A program made the position numbers and the translations under genes. DNA of 64,000 nucleotides. It comes from Octopus sinensis. Its lineage: Eukaryota. Location of the stretch: NCBI RefSeq assembly GCF_006345805.1, contig NC_042997.1, positions 145,142,001 through 145,206,000 of the forward strand, given 5' to 3'. A model generated the notes under the pieces. The model saw only the letters and a program-made list of their open reading frames with translations. It was not told the origin of the DNA and ran no database searches. This document shows, piece by piece, positions 11,542 through 23,036 of this stretch (position 1 is its first letter; each line of letters opens with the position of its first letter).

Positions 11542-12698
11542 TAGTTATTATTTGTTGCTGACAACGCAAAAGAAAGCAGAAAAACGTACTTCCCATGATC
11601 CAGTGATGTCATTCACATTCTAACATATGTAATAAATATTAACAACCACATATACTTAACGTACAAGTATCATGTATTTGCCAATAGGTTGCGATATGGC
11701 GTCGTGGAGATTACTCTCTCAAAGCTCCGGGTATTAAAACACCTTCAAGTCATGGACGGGAATGACAACTCACCCTAAATCAATTCAGGGATGATGGACA
11801 TCGATGTTTTACCGCTTTTGTGGCTTATCGATATCACGTACCCGAATCGAATTGGAGGTAAATCGTACCGCCAGTTCAAGACTTATATGTACATAGTGTA
11901 AAAATTGTGCAGGTATAAGCCATAAAAATGGCGAAACATCGATGTCCATCACTCCTATATGAGATTAGGCGTAAATTATTTCGCCTGTCTGTGACTTTCA
12001 GATGTTTTAACACCTGACACGTCGAGGGAATAATCTCCACCACACCAAATGGCAGCCTATCGGGAAACACACAAACCATATATGTTAAGTATGCGTGGTC
12101 GATGTTTATTACACTAAAGCCTGCTTCTATTTCGTATTTGAATTTAAGATATATGCTTTCACACATGTCGTCTCGAAGGAGAATTTTCTCTCAGATTATT
12201 TCTACAGTTGAAGTTCTTCTCACGTTTGAGTGTACGCGAACGTGTTAAATTTAACTTTGCACGAATATTTTCAACGCTACTTTGCGCAGTTATACATATA
12301 GCAGCACCAGCGCCAAGCAGCGATTAAGATGGAAGAAGGATAAAGAGCCAGAAACGTACATCTGGGAATCCAATAGGGGGAAGCACTGGGCAGATATGGT
12401 ACTTTTACCATAAGAGAATATTTTTCTCCATGGCAACTGTTGTTAATTTGCCTTTAGAAGATAAAATATGAGACAAACATATTTTAAATAACCTAAAGTT
12501 TGCAGTTATGTTGCTGACCAACTGATAAAACAAAAATACAGATAGAAAAAATCACATCTTTAATTCTAGAATTAGTGGTGAATTCTAAAATCAAAGGTGT
12601 AATTTTCTCTATTTGTATTTTTGTTATCTAATACTCTGAATTTCTCGAAATTCTGCCAAATAATATTTGAATCTACTTGTCACACACGAGGAATTAAC

Positions 12699-12950
12699 TC
12701 ATCATCATCGTTTAACGTCCGCCTTCCATGCTAGCATGAGTTGGACGATTTTGACTGAGGGCTGGCAAACCAGACGGCCGCACCAAGCTCCAATCTTGAT
12801 CTGGCAGAGTTTCTACAGCTGGATGCCCTTCCTAACACCAACCACTCCGAGAGTGCAGTGGGTGCTTTTTACGTGCCACCGGCATGGGGCCAGTCAGGCA
12901 GTACTGGCAATGACCTCGCTCGAATCTTTTTACACATGCCACCGGCACAT
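12699..12950 (-). mobile_element. RTE-LINE 3'-end copy with (GAT)n tail
   Basis: Contains GGTTGGCGTTAGGAAGGGCATCCAGCTGTAGAAAC, shared with the 3'UTR of the RT-bearing RTE at 20030-21790. Confidence 0.85.
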
Positions 12951-12973
12951 TATATCTGGACAACGTAACACAA

Positions 12974-13204
12974 ACGGCGAGCTGGCAGAATTGTTAGCAC
13001 GCCGGGCGAAATGCATAGCCGTATTTTGTCTGTCGCTACGTTCTGAGTTCAAATTCCACCGAGGTCGACTTTGCCTTTCATCCTTTCAGGGTTGATAAAT
13101 AAAGTACCAGTTACGCACTGGGGTCGACGTAATCGACTTAATCCCTTTGTCTATCCTTGTTTGTCCCCTCTATGTTTAGCCCCTTGTGGGCAATAAAGAA
13201 ATAT
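12974..13204 (+). mobile_element. SINE family B, tail type i
   Basis: GGCGAGCTGGCAGAATTGTTAGCAC...GGGCAATAAAGAAATA. Confidence 0.9.
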
Positions 13205-13394
13205 ATATATGTTATGGGTTTCTTTCAGTTTTTGTTTACCAAATCTACTAACAAGGTTTTAGTTGAGTTGGCACTATAGTAAAACACACTTGCCCAAGAT
13301 GTTGTACAGTGGAACTGAACCTAAGAGTGTATGGTAAAAACAACTTTCTCAACACAAAACTATAACTGCAGTTTTAAACAAAAGCATCAAAATT

Positions 13395-13473
13395 TTTATT
13401 GAATTTTAAAATAAATGGAATGTCAAATAGTTTTGTTGAAACTTATTGAAAGGGGTTGTTTGTTTTTTTTATT
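13395..13473 (-). promoter_or_regulatory. Candidate DPCD polyadenylation signals (two AATAAA on - strand)
   Basis: TTTATT on the + strand at 13468-13473 and 13395-13400, 44 and 117 nt past the stop codon. Confidence 0.55.
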
Positions 13474-13516
13474 TCATTTTTAAATAATTTCTGGTTTTTA
13501 ATTCCTGAAAGTGGTT

Positions 13517-13621
13517 TTAACTTGGTTGACAACTTGAAACATTATCACCAGATGACTTTACTTTCTTCAGTTCATTGAGAATCTCTTTTTCAAATGATAG
13601 CACTTCTTTTGGCTTTTTGTA
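13517..13621 (-). CDS. DPCD: DPCD exon 6, terminal (YKKPKEVLSFEKEILNELKKVKSSGDNVSSCQPS*)
   Basis: Acceptor tttacag|, TAA at 13519-13517. Matches human YQKPKEV...ELKKVK. Total 201 aa with no frameshift. Confidence 0.96.
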   Translation of the reverse strand, partial: YKKPKEVLSFEKEILNELKKVKSSGDNVSSCQPS

Positions 13622-13974
13622 CTGTAAACAAACATAGGTAAAAATATTTAATATCAATTTAATGCTGAATTGTTATTGTTGAATAGAAAACAAATTACTG
13701 TATTCAAAATTGTTATATAAGAAAATTATTAATTGTCAATCCCTCTTGATTATGAGGTACACTGACTCACTACTTCATCTTCCTTGACAGTGAACATCAA
13801 CAGACCAAAATACACACACACATGTATATGAATATACGTATATATATCAACAAACCTTAATACAAATATATATATATATATATATATAATATATATGCAT
13901 ATATGTATGTGTATGTATATATATATATGTATATGCATATATGTATATATATATATATATATATGTATGGATGC

Positions 13975-14195
13975 TTTGACTGAGGATTGGCAAGCCAGGA
14001 GGCTGCACCAGGCTCCAATCTGATCTGGCAAGGTTTCTCAGAGTGGTTGGCATTAGGAAGGACATCCAGTTGTAGAAACCTTGCCGAATCAGATTGAAGC
14101 CTAGTGGAGCCTCCCAGCTCACCAGTCCTCACTCAAATCATCCAACCTATGGCAGCATGAAAAGCGGACATTAAATGATGATTAAATGATGATGA
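13975..14195 (+). mobile_element. RTE 3'-end copy in DPCD intron 5
   Basis: Conserved 3'UTR core and (GAT)n tail. Confidence 0.75.
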
Positions 14196-14260
14196 TGATT
14201 TTTTCTTCTTTCAAAATAAGTTTTAGAAACAATAAGCAAATAAAGACAAAAAATACTTAC

Positions 14261-14363
14261 TGATATGATTAAAGTATTATTGATATGAGAAAACGTTATT
14301 GCTTCTTTATTCAGCGTAAGTTCAAGGCGAACCATGTCTGTTATTGAGAACTTCTTGTAGTAT
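14261..14363 (-). CDS. DPCD: DPCD exon 5 (YYKKFSITDMVRLELTLNKEAITFSHINNTLIIS)
   Basis: Acceptor cgttcag|, donor |GTAAGT, 103 nt, phase 2-0. YYKKFSI...TLIIS motif. Confidence 0.97.
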
Positions 14364-15817
14364 CTGAACGTTGAAAGAACAAAGATGTATTTCAATTAAT
14401 TTCTTCAATAGAAATGTTAGCTCTCATGTACTAAATCATCAAAAGAAGACAATTCACTTTGGATTTCCAGCATAGGCACAATATTGGTGGGATGTGAATG
14501 GGTTACAGACAATGATATCAATGTCAGTATTTGTACTGTATTTCATTAACTCTATCCGTTGCTTCACCAATTCTTCTAATCCAGTGTCTTGAGACAACCT
14601 AATATTACTAATACAAATGAAACAGTGGCCTACAATTTTTATATTATACATTATATATTATCTTTATTATTTTGCTTGTTTCAGTCATAAGACTGCAGCC
14701 ATACTGGAATCTTGAAGAGTTTAGTTGAAGAAATCAATCCCAATACTCTTCCTAAAATATGGAACTTATTCTATTGAGTTTTTTTTTTTGTGTGGAACCA
14801 ATAAGCAACAGAGATGTAAACAAACAAACACCTCAAGTGGTGAGGAGACAAACACAAAGATGCATACACACACATACATGCATAGATAGATAAACATATA
14901 TCACCATCATCATTATTTAACATCCATGTTTCATGCTGGGATGAGTTGGATGGTTTGACAGGAACTGATATGTCAAGAGACTGCATCAAGCTCCAGTGTC
15001 TGCTTTGGCATAGGTTTTATGGTTGGATGCCCTTCTTGATGCCAACAAGTTTCCAGCAAGGGGTTGAGGTGATTTTTTTTCATGCCACCAAAGTGGAGCA
15101 GAATAGATTCCTGCAGAAAGACCTGCAAAGCTACACAGAAAAAAAAGGGTGGGGGAAGAAAGTGAACAGTAGGAGCTGCAGGGCTTCCACACAGTGGGAC
15201 TGAACCTGAAACCACATGGCTGCAAAGCAAGCTTCTTAACCACAAAGCCATGCCTGCACCTAGTTTCAGTAAATTTAATACAACACATATACATAATGTA
15301 TATGTGTAAATTTTACCAATAGTGATATGAACGGTTGGTATATCTACCTGCCTGTCTTATATTCAGAATTGTATATAAAATTATTTGCCACCTCACAGGG
15401 AAGATTTTTGTAATCTATTTTGAGAAATAGTACCCAAATCTACCTCAAACTCCTCTCAACTGAAAGGAGATGGAGAATGGCAGAAAGTTGAAATGGATTG
15501 GTTCTTTCTCAAGGTCTAATAACATAAATCAAAGATCAGGTAGTTCAGCTGATTGACCATTTGGAATAGTCTTTGAGGAAACTACTGGAGCAGAAACCAT
15601 TCACATTCCATAAAATCATCATCATCATTTTGACAACCACTCTTCCATGCTTCCATGGGTCAGATGGAATTTGTTGAGGCAGATTTTCTGTAGCTGGATG
15701 CCTTTCCTGTTGCCAACTTTACATGTTTCTAAATGAGGCAGTATTTCCACATGGCCAAACTTATCAAAACAAGGTGACACAAACAAGCACCTGCAAGCAC
15801 ATACACACACACACATA

Positions 15818-16035
15818 CTTTTCTACTCTAGGCACAAGGCCCCAAATTTTTTGGGGAGGAGGGGGGGGCAGTCGATTAGATCGGCCCCTGTATGCAACTA
15901 GTACTTAATTTATCAACCCTGAAAGGATGAGAGGCAAAGTTGACCTTGGTGGAATTTGAACACAGAATGTAAAAACACGAAATCCTGCTATGCATTTCAC
16001 CTGGTGTGCCAACGTTTCTGCCAGCTCGCCGTCTT
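15818..16035 (-). mobile_element. SINE family B, tail type ii
   Basis: Similar to 793-1006. Confidence 0.85.
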
Positions 16036-16616
16036 CACACACACACATATATATATGTAATATATGGGCCTCACGGAGGCAAAGTGGCTGAGTTCCTTTT
16101 GAGTGTTGGGCCACATAGAAGCAATGACCAAGACCTTTGTCATTATGTCATGTTTGAGAAGACCCATCAAGCCAAGCAAAATTGTAGTCATGGCAGATAC
16201 CAGCATCACACATGTAACCACACCCTGGTGTCATGCAAATGGCACCTGTGTCTGTGGCACATGAAAGCACCTATTACACACTTGGAGAGGTTGGCATAAG
16301 CACAGGCAAGGTGAGTAGTGCTTTTTATGTAGCATAAGCACAGGCAAGGTCAGTTTTGGCAAGGTTTTTACAGCTGGATGCCCTTCTGAACACCAACCAT
16401 TTTACAGTGTGGACTGTTGCTTTTAAGTGGCATGTGTATATCTATAAGTACATATATAACAGTTTTTTTCAGTTCCTGTCAACCAAATTCATTCACAAGA
16501 CTTTGGTCAGGTCAGGACTATAGCAGAAAACACTTGCCCAAAGTGCCTTGCAGTGGGACTGAACCAGAAGCTATGTGATTAGGAAGCAAACTGCTTAACC
16601 ACACAGCCACATAGAT

Positions 16617-17035
16617 TTCATCATCATCATCATCATCATTTAGCATCCGTTCTCCATGCTAGCATGGGTTGGACGGTTCAACTGGGGTCTGTGAAGCTGG
16701 AAGGCTTCATCAGGCCCAGTCAGATCTGGCAGTGTTTCTACGGCTGGATGCCCTTCCTAACGCCAACCACTCCGTGAGTGTAGTGGGTGCTTTTTACGTG
16801 CCACCCGCACAGGTGCCAGACAGAGCTGGCAACGGCCACAAACGGATGGTGTTTTTACGTGTCACCGGCACGGGGCCAGGCGAGGCTGGCAACGGACACG
16901 AACGGATGGTGCTTTTACGTGTCACCGGCACGGGGCCAGGCGAGGCCAGGCGAGGCCAGGCGAGGCTGGCAACGGACACGAACGGATGGTGCTTTTACGT
17001 GCCACCAACACGGGGGCCAGACAGAGCTGGCATTT
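16617..17035 (-). mobile_element. RTE 3'-end copy with four ~55-bp 3'UTR modules, next to the DPCD exon 4 donor
   Basis: (CAT)n on the + strand, repeated ACGGATGGTGCTTTTTACGTG. Confidence 0.88.
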
Positions 17036-17058
17036 ATAAAGACAAATTGAGAAACTCA

Positions 17059-17229
<171 letters not shown>

Positions 17230-17904
17230 TCAATGAATTAAAATTAATTCTGTTGCAGTCATTATTTGTTTTATTTTTTATCTTGTTACAAGCATTAGTC
17301 TGTGGCCAGGCTGGAGCACAACCTTGAATGGTTTTAGTTGAACAAATCAACCCTACTATTTATTTTTAAGTGTAGTATTCATTTTATCAGTCTCTTTTGT
17401 TGAGTCACTAAGTTACAGGAATATAAATAAACCAACACCGATTGTCAAGTGATGTTAGAACAAACACACACACACACACACACACAGGATTTCTCTCAGC
17501 TTCCATCTTAGAAAGCTTTGGTCGGCCTGATCTGTAGTAGAAATACTTTCCCAAGATGCTATGCAGTGGAACTGAAACCCAAGACCACAGGATTGGAAAG
17601 TAAGCTTTTTAACCACACAATCATGCTTGCATATACACACACACACAACACACACACTAGTGTGATATATAAGTATGATGTGTGTGTGTGCTTGTACGTG
17701 TTTGTGTATTTATTTATATTTGCCAGAAGTTTCTTATACTTGATGTTCTTGAAACCCTTAACGATGTTGGGAGCAAAAACATAATCACAGAAAAAAAGGA
17801 AAGCAAACATGTTTTGGTAATTAAGACACATCCTTTGGAGGTGAAGGTAGTTTTAATAAATGAGTTTTGATAAATGTTGTATGGTATTTGATATACCTGT
17901 ATGT

Positions 17905-18196
17905 ACTGGTGGCACGTAAAAAGCACAATTCGAGCATAGCTGATGCCAGTGCCGCCTAACTGGCACACGTGCCAGTGACACGTCTGTGCTGCCTGACTGG
18001 CTCCTATGCTGGTGGCATATAAAAAGTACCCACTACATTCTTAGAGTGGTTGGCATTAGGAAGGGCATCCAGCTGTAGAAACCTTGCCAAATTAGATTGG
18101 GACTTGGTGCAGCCTCCCGGATGCCAGTTCTCAATCAATCTGTCCAATCCATGCCAGCATGGAAAGCAAGGTTAAACAACAACGATGATGATGATG
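17905..18196 (+). mobile_element. RTE 3'-end copy
   Basis: 3'UTR modules, conserved core and (GAT)n tail. Confidence 0.8.
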
Positions 18197-18206
18197 TACT
18201 TGTCTA

Positions 18207-18560
18207 TTTTACTCATAAGAGGAAGCTTTCCAAATACCAGGAGCTAGTAGAGTAGTCCAGAAACTAGGCTGGAAGGCACATTGTAAGGTAACTGAAGTGG
18301 GCTGCTGGGATTTTGTGGAGCATTCATTCTGCAAAACACAGACTGGGTTTGGAGTTACTATTGCAGCAAAGAGACAGATCATAAATTCCATCACTGAAGC
18401 TGCAGAGGAGGCCACTAAGTGGCTTTGGATAAAGAGGCAGACCAACGGTTTGCTGCTATTTGGGATACAAGCTGAGACTCAATCAATCCTGGGTTGGGTC
18501 AATTGAGCAAGGATGGGTCTGATGTTGAAACACCCAAAACCCACTGTGACCCATTCATTA
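18207..18560 (+). mobile_element. HERO-type (restriction-like endonuclease) non-LTR retrotransposon 3' fragment
   Basis: Degenerate translation RKLSKYQELVE*..GWKAHCKVTEVGCWDF...ITEAAEEATKWLWIKR matches the RLE C-terminus of HERO/R2-group elements. Confidence 0.72.
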
Positions 18561-18799
18561 TTGATGATGCATACCCTAGGGCATCTGTGAGATATATTTT
18601 CAAACTGAAAGCTAACCCAAGCTTTGTGAGTAAAAGCTAGGTAGGCAGAAACTGTGTGGAAGCCCATCTGATGGAGTGAACCAATTCTTATGGAATACAC
18701 TTAATCCATTATCTGGTTTAATATCACCACTAGGTTCTTTGATGTCAAAATCAGGTTCTGCTAAATTGTAAGCATTCAGGCAAATCTCCAATCTGTGAA

Positions 18800-19025
18800 G
18801 TAGAGGCACATGGCTTAGTGGTTAGGATGTTGGACTCAAGATTGTAAGATTGTGGTTTCGATTCATGGATTGGGTGACGTATTGCTCTAGTCCACTCAGC
18901 TGGCAAAAATGAGTAACCCTGTGATGGACCAGCATCTTGTCCAGGTAGGGAATATATATGCCATGGAAACCAGGAAAACAGCCCTTATGAGTCACCATGA
19001 CTCAAGAAGAAGGTAACCTTTATCT
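18800..19025 (+). mobile_element. SINE family C (head GAGGCxCATGGCTTAGTGGTTAG)
   Basis: tRNA-like head, GATGGACxxGCATCxxxTCCAG and GGAAACCAGGAAA. Related copies at 45543-45795, 60853-61077 and 63040-63345. Confidence 0.8.
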
Positions 19026-19358
19026 TTACCAGACTGTGAATAAATTTTCACTGTCCTTCATCAGCCACAGTGACCCTATGTAAAAGATTATGGGCATTTC
19101 TCTACCTCCCCAAACAACTGTATTTGATGGTGTAAAAGATGCACAGGCCTATTAGACACACTCCAATTTCAGCAGTGCATATTTAGGAAAGAAAAAGTCT
19201 TTAGTGTACTAAAGCTTATAGGAAGCCTAACTTCAGATATAGGACCAGGGTTGATGTTTTTGAGACATTTTTTTTATTTTTGTAAAAAAAAAAGTGCATC
19301 TTATATGTCATCAGATATGATAATCTATAAAAGAAAAATATTTTTAAAATACTCTTAC

Positions 19359-19480
19359 GTTACTAATATTCTCTTGAAGAGTTAATTCCTTGAATTCTGG
19401 AATTGGTAGACTTGATTCCCCAACCTCATACTGCCAAACATCAAAATCCCCTAGTGTACGTTTATGGCGCCATTTACGAA
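19359..19480 (-). CDS. DPCD: DPCD exon 3 (RKWRHKRTLGDFDVWQYEVGESSLPIPEFKELTLQENISN)
   Basis: Acceptor tttttcag|, donor |GTAAGA, 122 nt, phase 1-0. RKWR...W.xEVG motif. Confidence 0.96.
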
Positions 19481-20029
19481 CTGAAAAATACAATTTAAAG
19501 AATAAAATTTGTAAATCAAAAACAGTAAAATGGAAATTATTAGCTACTGTAAGATACTTTCACAGGGTAGAATTCCCTGAAAACAGTTATTTTTGTATAT
19601 AAATCTAAGCACTTTTTCTCTGTTCTCTTGATTCCTAGTCTTTAAACATTCTACGAAGAAAATAAAATAAAAACATGAACTTCTTCCAGGTTGTAATTAT
19701 TTCCATCTTTAATGAAATGCTTAATTAATAAGGCTAGATTATATCATGCTGACAATTTACAAAAAGAATGAAACATTACTATACATAATTACCAAGAAGT
19801 AGAAATTTTCAAGAACTTTGTAATAAGTAAGCAAAAAAGAATTAAACATGTGAATGCTATGCATATTTTTCCTTATAATTCCCTAATCCCAATCACAAAT
19901 TTCTAATCCAGCTTCATATTATGATGAAATGATTATATCCCTTGTAATGGCTGTGACTGCAAGGAGAATAACATGAATATATTTTTGAGACATTTGCAAA
20001 TTCAACTTTGATGCACTCTTGTGAATTAT

Positions 20030-21790
20030 CATCATCATCATCATTTAACATCCATTTTCCATGCTGGTATGGGCTGAATGATTTGGCTGAAGTCTGAAAA
20101 GTCAGGCTCCAATCGGATCTGGCTATGATTGTATAGCTGGATGCCCTTCCTAACGCCAACCACTCCAAGAGTGTAGTGGATGCTTTTTACATGCCACTGG
20201 CACAGGAGCCAGTCAGGCGGCCCTGGCATCGATCATGTTCAGATAGTGCTTTTTACAAGCATCTGGCACGGGAGCCAGTCAGGCGGACCTGGCATCGACT
20301 ATGTTTGGATGGTGCCTTTTACATGCCACAAGTACAGGAGCAAGTCAGGAGCACTGGCATCAACCAGCTTCAGATGGTGCATTTTACATGCTACTGGAAC
20401 AGGAGCCAGTCAGGGGGCACTGGCCACATCTACAATTTTGGTTTTACTTGAATCAACAGGCCTTCTCAAGCATATCATATTGCCCAATGCATCAAGGGTA
20501 CTCTTAAATGAGCCAGACATGCAACACTGGCATCAGTCATGGCTGTGATCTCACTTTAGTTGCCGGGTCTTCTCAATCACAGCAGTTATTTCTCTTGCAC
20601 ACCACATCTGATGCTTCTTATGTCCAACTTTTCTCTCAGGGCGCTCACACTCTGTCATGTATGCACAATGACATTACACATCCAGCGGATCATATTAGCT
20701 TCATTTCTTTCAAGCCTATGCATGTCCTCAGCAGTCATGGCCCATGTTTCACTGCCGTGTAGCATGGCAGTTCGCACACATGCATCATACAGTCTACCTT
20801 TCATCCTGAGCAAGAGGCCCCTAGTTGCTAGCAGAGGTAGGAGCTCCCTGAACTTTGCCTAAGCTATTCTTATTCTAGCCACTACACTCTCAAAGCAACC
20901 ACTCGCACTACAGACTTGGTTGCCTTGGTAGTAGAAGCTATCAACTACTTCTAGTTTTTCCCCCTGGTATGTGATGGAATTTGTTTTCTGTACATCTTCA
21001 GAGTTTATTGCCCCTGTGCATCTGCCACACACAAAAACTATTTTCCCGGTTAACCTTCCTTTGATATTGCTGTACTTTTTATGTGTCCAAAGCTTACACC
21101 GGGTACATCATATGGAGTTTCTACCTACGCCGCTTCTACAGAGCAAGCAGAGCCATCTACCTGAAGGGGTTTGTGATTTGTCAGCCTTCCTACTTACTAA
21201 GACTTTGGTTTTTTCTAGGTTAGCCCTAAGGCCCTTCGATTCTAGACCTTGCTTCCACACCCTAAACTTCGTCTCTAGTTCTGGCAGTGACTTGGCTATT
21301 AGAGGAAGGTCATCAGCATAGAGGAGCTCCAAAGGGCAGCTTGTCTTGAATTCCTCTGTTATTGCCTGGAGGACTATGAAGAATAAGATGAGGCTGAGGA
21401 CTGATCCTTGGTGAACCCCTACTTCTACCCAAAATTCTTCACTATACTCATTGCCAACTCTCACCTTACTAACAGCATCCCTGTACAAGGCTTGTACAGC
21501 TCTTACCAACCACTCGTCTATCCCAAGTTACCATATTGACAACCAGATAAGGGATTGGGAGACCCTGTTGGAGGCTTTCTCCAAATCAACAAAAACCAAG
21601 TACAGAGGTTTATCTTCAGCTAGATATTTCTCCTGCAGTTGCCTTACCAGTAATATAGCATTAGTGGTGCTTCTGCCTGGCACAAAACCAAACTGCATCT
21701 CATCTAGACTGACTCTCTCCCTAATTAGTTGGGCTATGACCCTCTCTGTAACATCATACTTAATTGAGATTTTCAGAGGTTTGAAGTAGA
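20030..21790 (-). mobile_element. 5'-truncated RTE-clade LINE with degenerate reverse transcriptase, in DPCD intron 2
   Basis: QFGFVPGRSTTNAI, FVDLEKA, GVHQGSVLS, LYADDL, LHGSETW motifs with several stops. Modular 3'UTR and (GAT)n tail near 20030. Confidence 0.93.
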
Positions 21791-22527
21791 GGTGGGATGG
21801 AAAACATTACTTATTTTTATGTCTATATTGATGTTTCAGAAACTGTGGCAACTCCGAATGACAAACTGGGAATCTGATAATAGAGTTACATTTCTTGCAA
21901 GCTACAAAATTTTATAGATGCTCTCCTTCTAAATTATATGTACAACAAAATATATAAATGACATAATGAAAGCGTTTAATCATTTACCTATATATATATA
22001 TTTGCTTCCCAATGATGTGTTTTCAGGTTCAGTCCCACTATGCAACCCCATGGGCAAGTGTCTGCTACTCTAGCCCCAGGCCAGCTAAAGCTTTTTGAGT
22101 AGATTTGATAGATGGAAACTGAAAGAGGCCTGTTGTACTGCTGTACATGAGTGTTTCCTTGTGTTGACATCATGCGATAATTGTACACAAACATCACCTT
22201 CATACAAGCAATACTCTTTGTTTCCAATCTTCCACGAAAAAAATATTTAATCATAGGGAAGTATTAGCTTGCTTGGAGAAAGGTATGGTTTAGCAACAGG
22301 AAAGGCATCCAGTCATTGAACATTTAAAATTTTGTGCAGTCTATGTAAGCATGGAAGACTAGGAGTTAGATGATGATGATGATGGTAATCTGCAGTGAAT
22401 TGTATGTGTATGTGGTGTATGGAGAAAATGAGGGAAAACAAAAGCAGAAAAGATGGTGGTGGGTAGTTTCTAAATTATTTTGTAGGTTCCTGTACAAAGG
22501 CACCAAAAGTGGCAGAAATATATTTAC

Positions 22528-22608
22528 CAAGTAACAATTTACTGCTTTGTTCATATTCTTCAGCCATTTGAGAACCATCTTGGAAAGAGTAGTGGACTTT
22601 AATTCGTC
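22528..22608 (-). CDS. DPCD: DPCD exon 2 (G-RIKVHYSFQDGSQMAEEYEQSSKLLL-V)
   Basis: Acceptor ttatttag|, donor G|GTAAAT, 81 nt, phase 1-1. Matches the DPCD motif RKVHYxFxDGxEMAEEY. Confidence 0.96.
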
Positions 22609-23036
22609 CTAAATAAACAAAGTTAGGCATGACAGTTAAAAGTTCTCAAAATAATTACGTACATTCAATAACGAAACTGACAAAACTTTATGCAAATATA
22701 AGAAATTATATAATTTTTCACAAGCAAACAAGGGGATGGAAGAAACAAATGAATTTATAATTTACTGAAGCCAAATTCTACAAGGACGCCTATTCTTATG
22801 ACACCATATAAAAATCTAAGTTGATTCTAGAAGCAATTATTCTTGCCAGTCGGGACACATGTTAAGCCAGCAAGGTATGTGTTTTGTGTTAAAATCTATG
22901 TACAGGAATGTTCTCCTGAAGAGAAGAATGGATCCACATTTGGTTCTTAACTTCAAAATTGCAATAGAGGACTAACCTTTTATTTTTATTTAGGTTTTAA
23001 ATTTTATTTGTCATGTTGCTTGCCAACAGTATTTAT

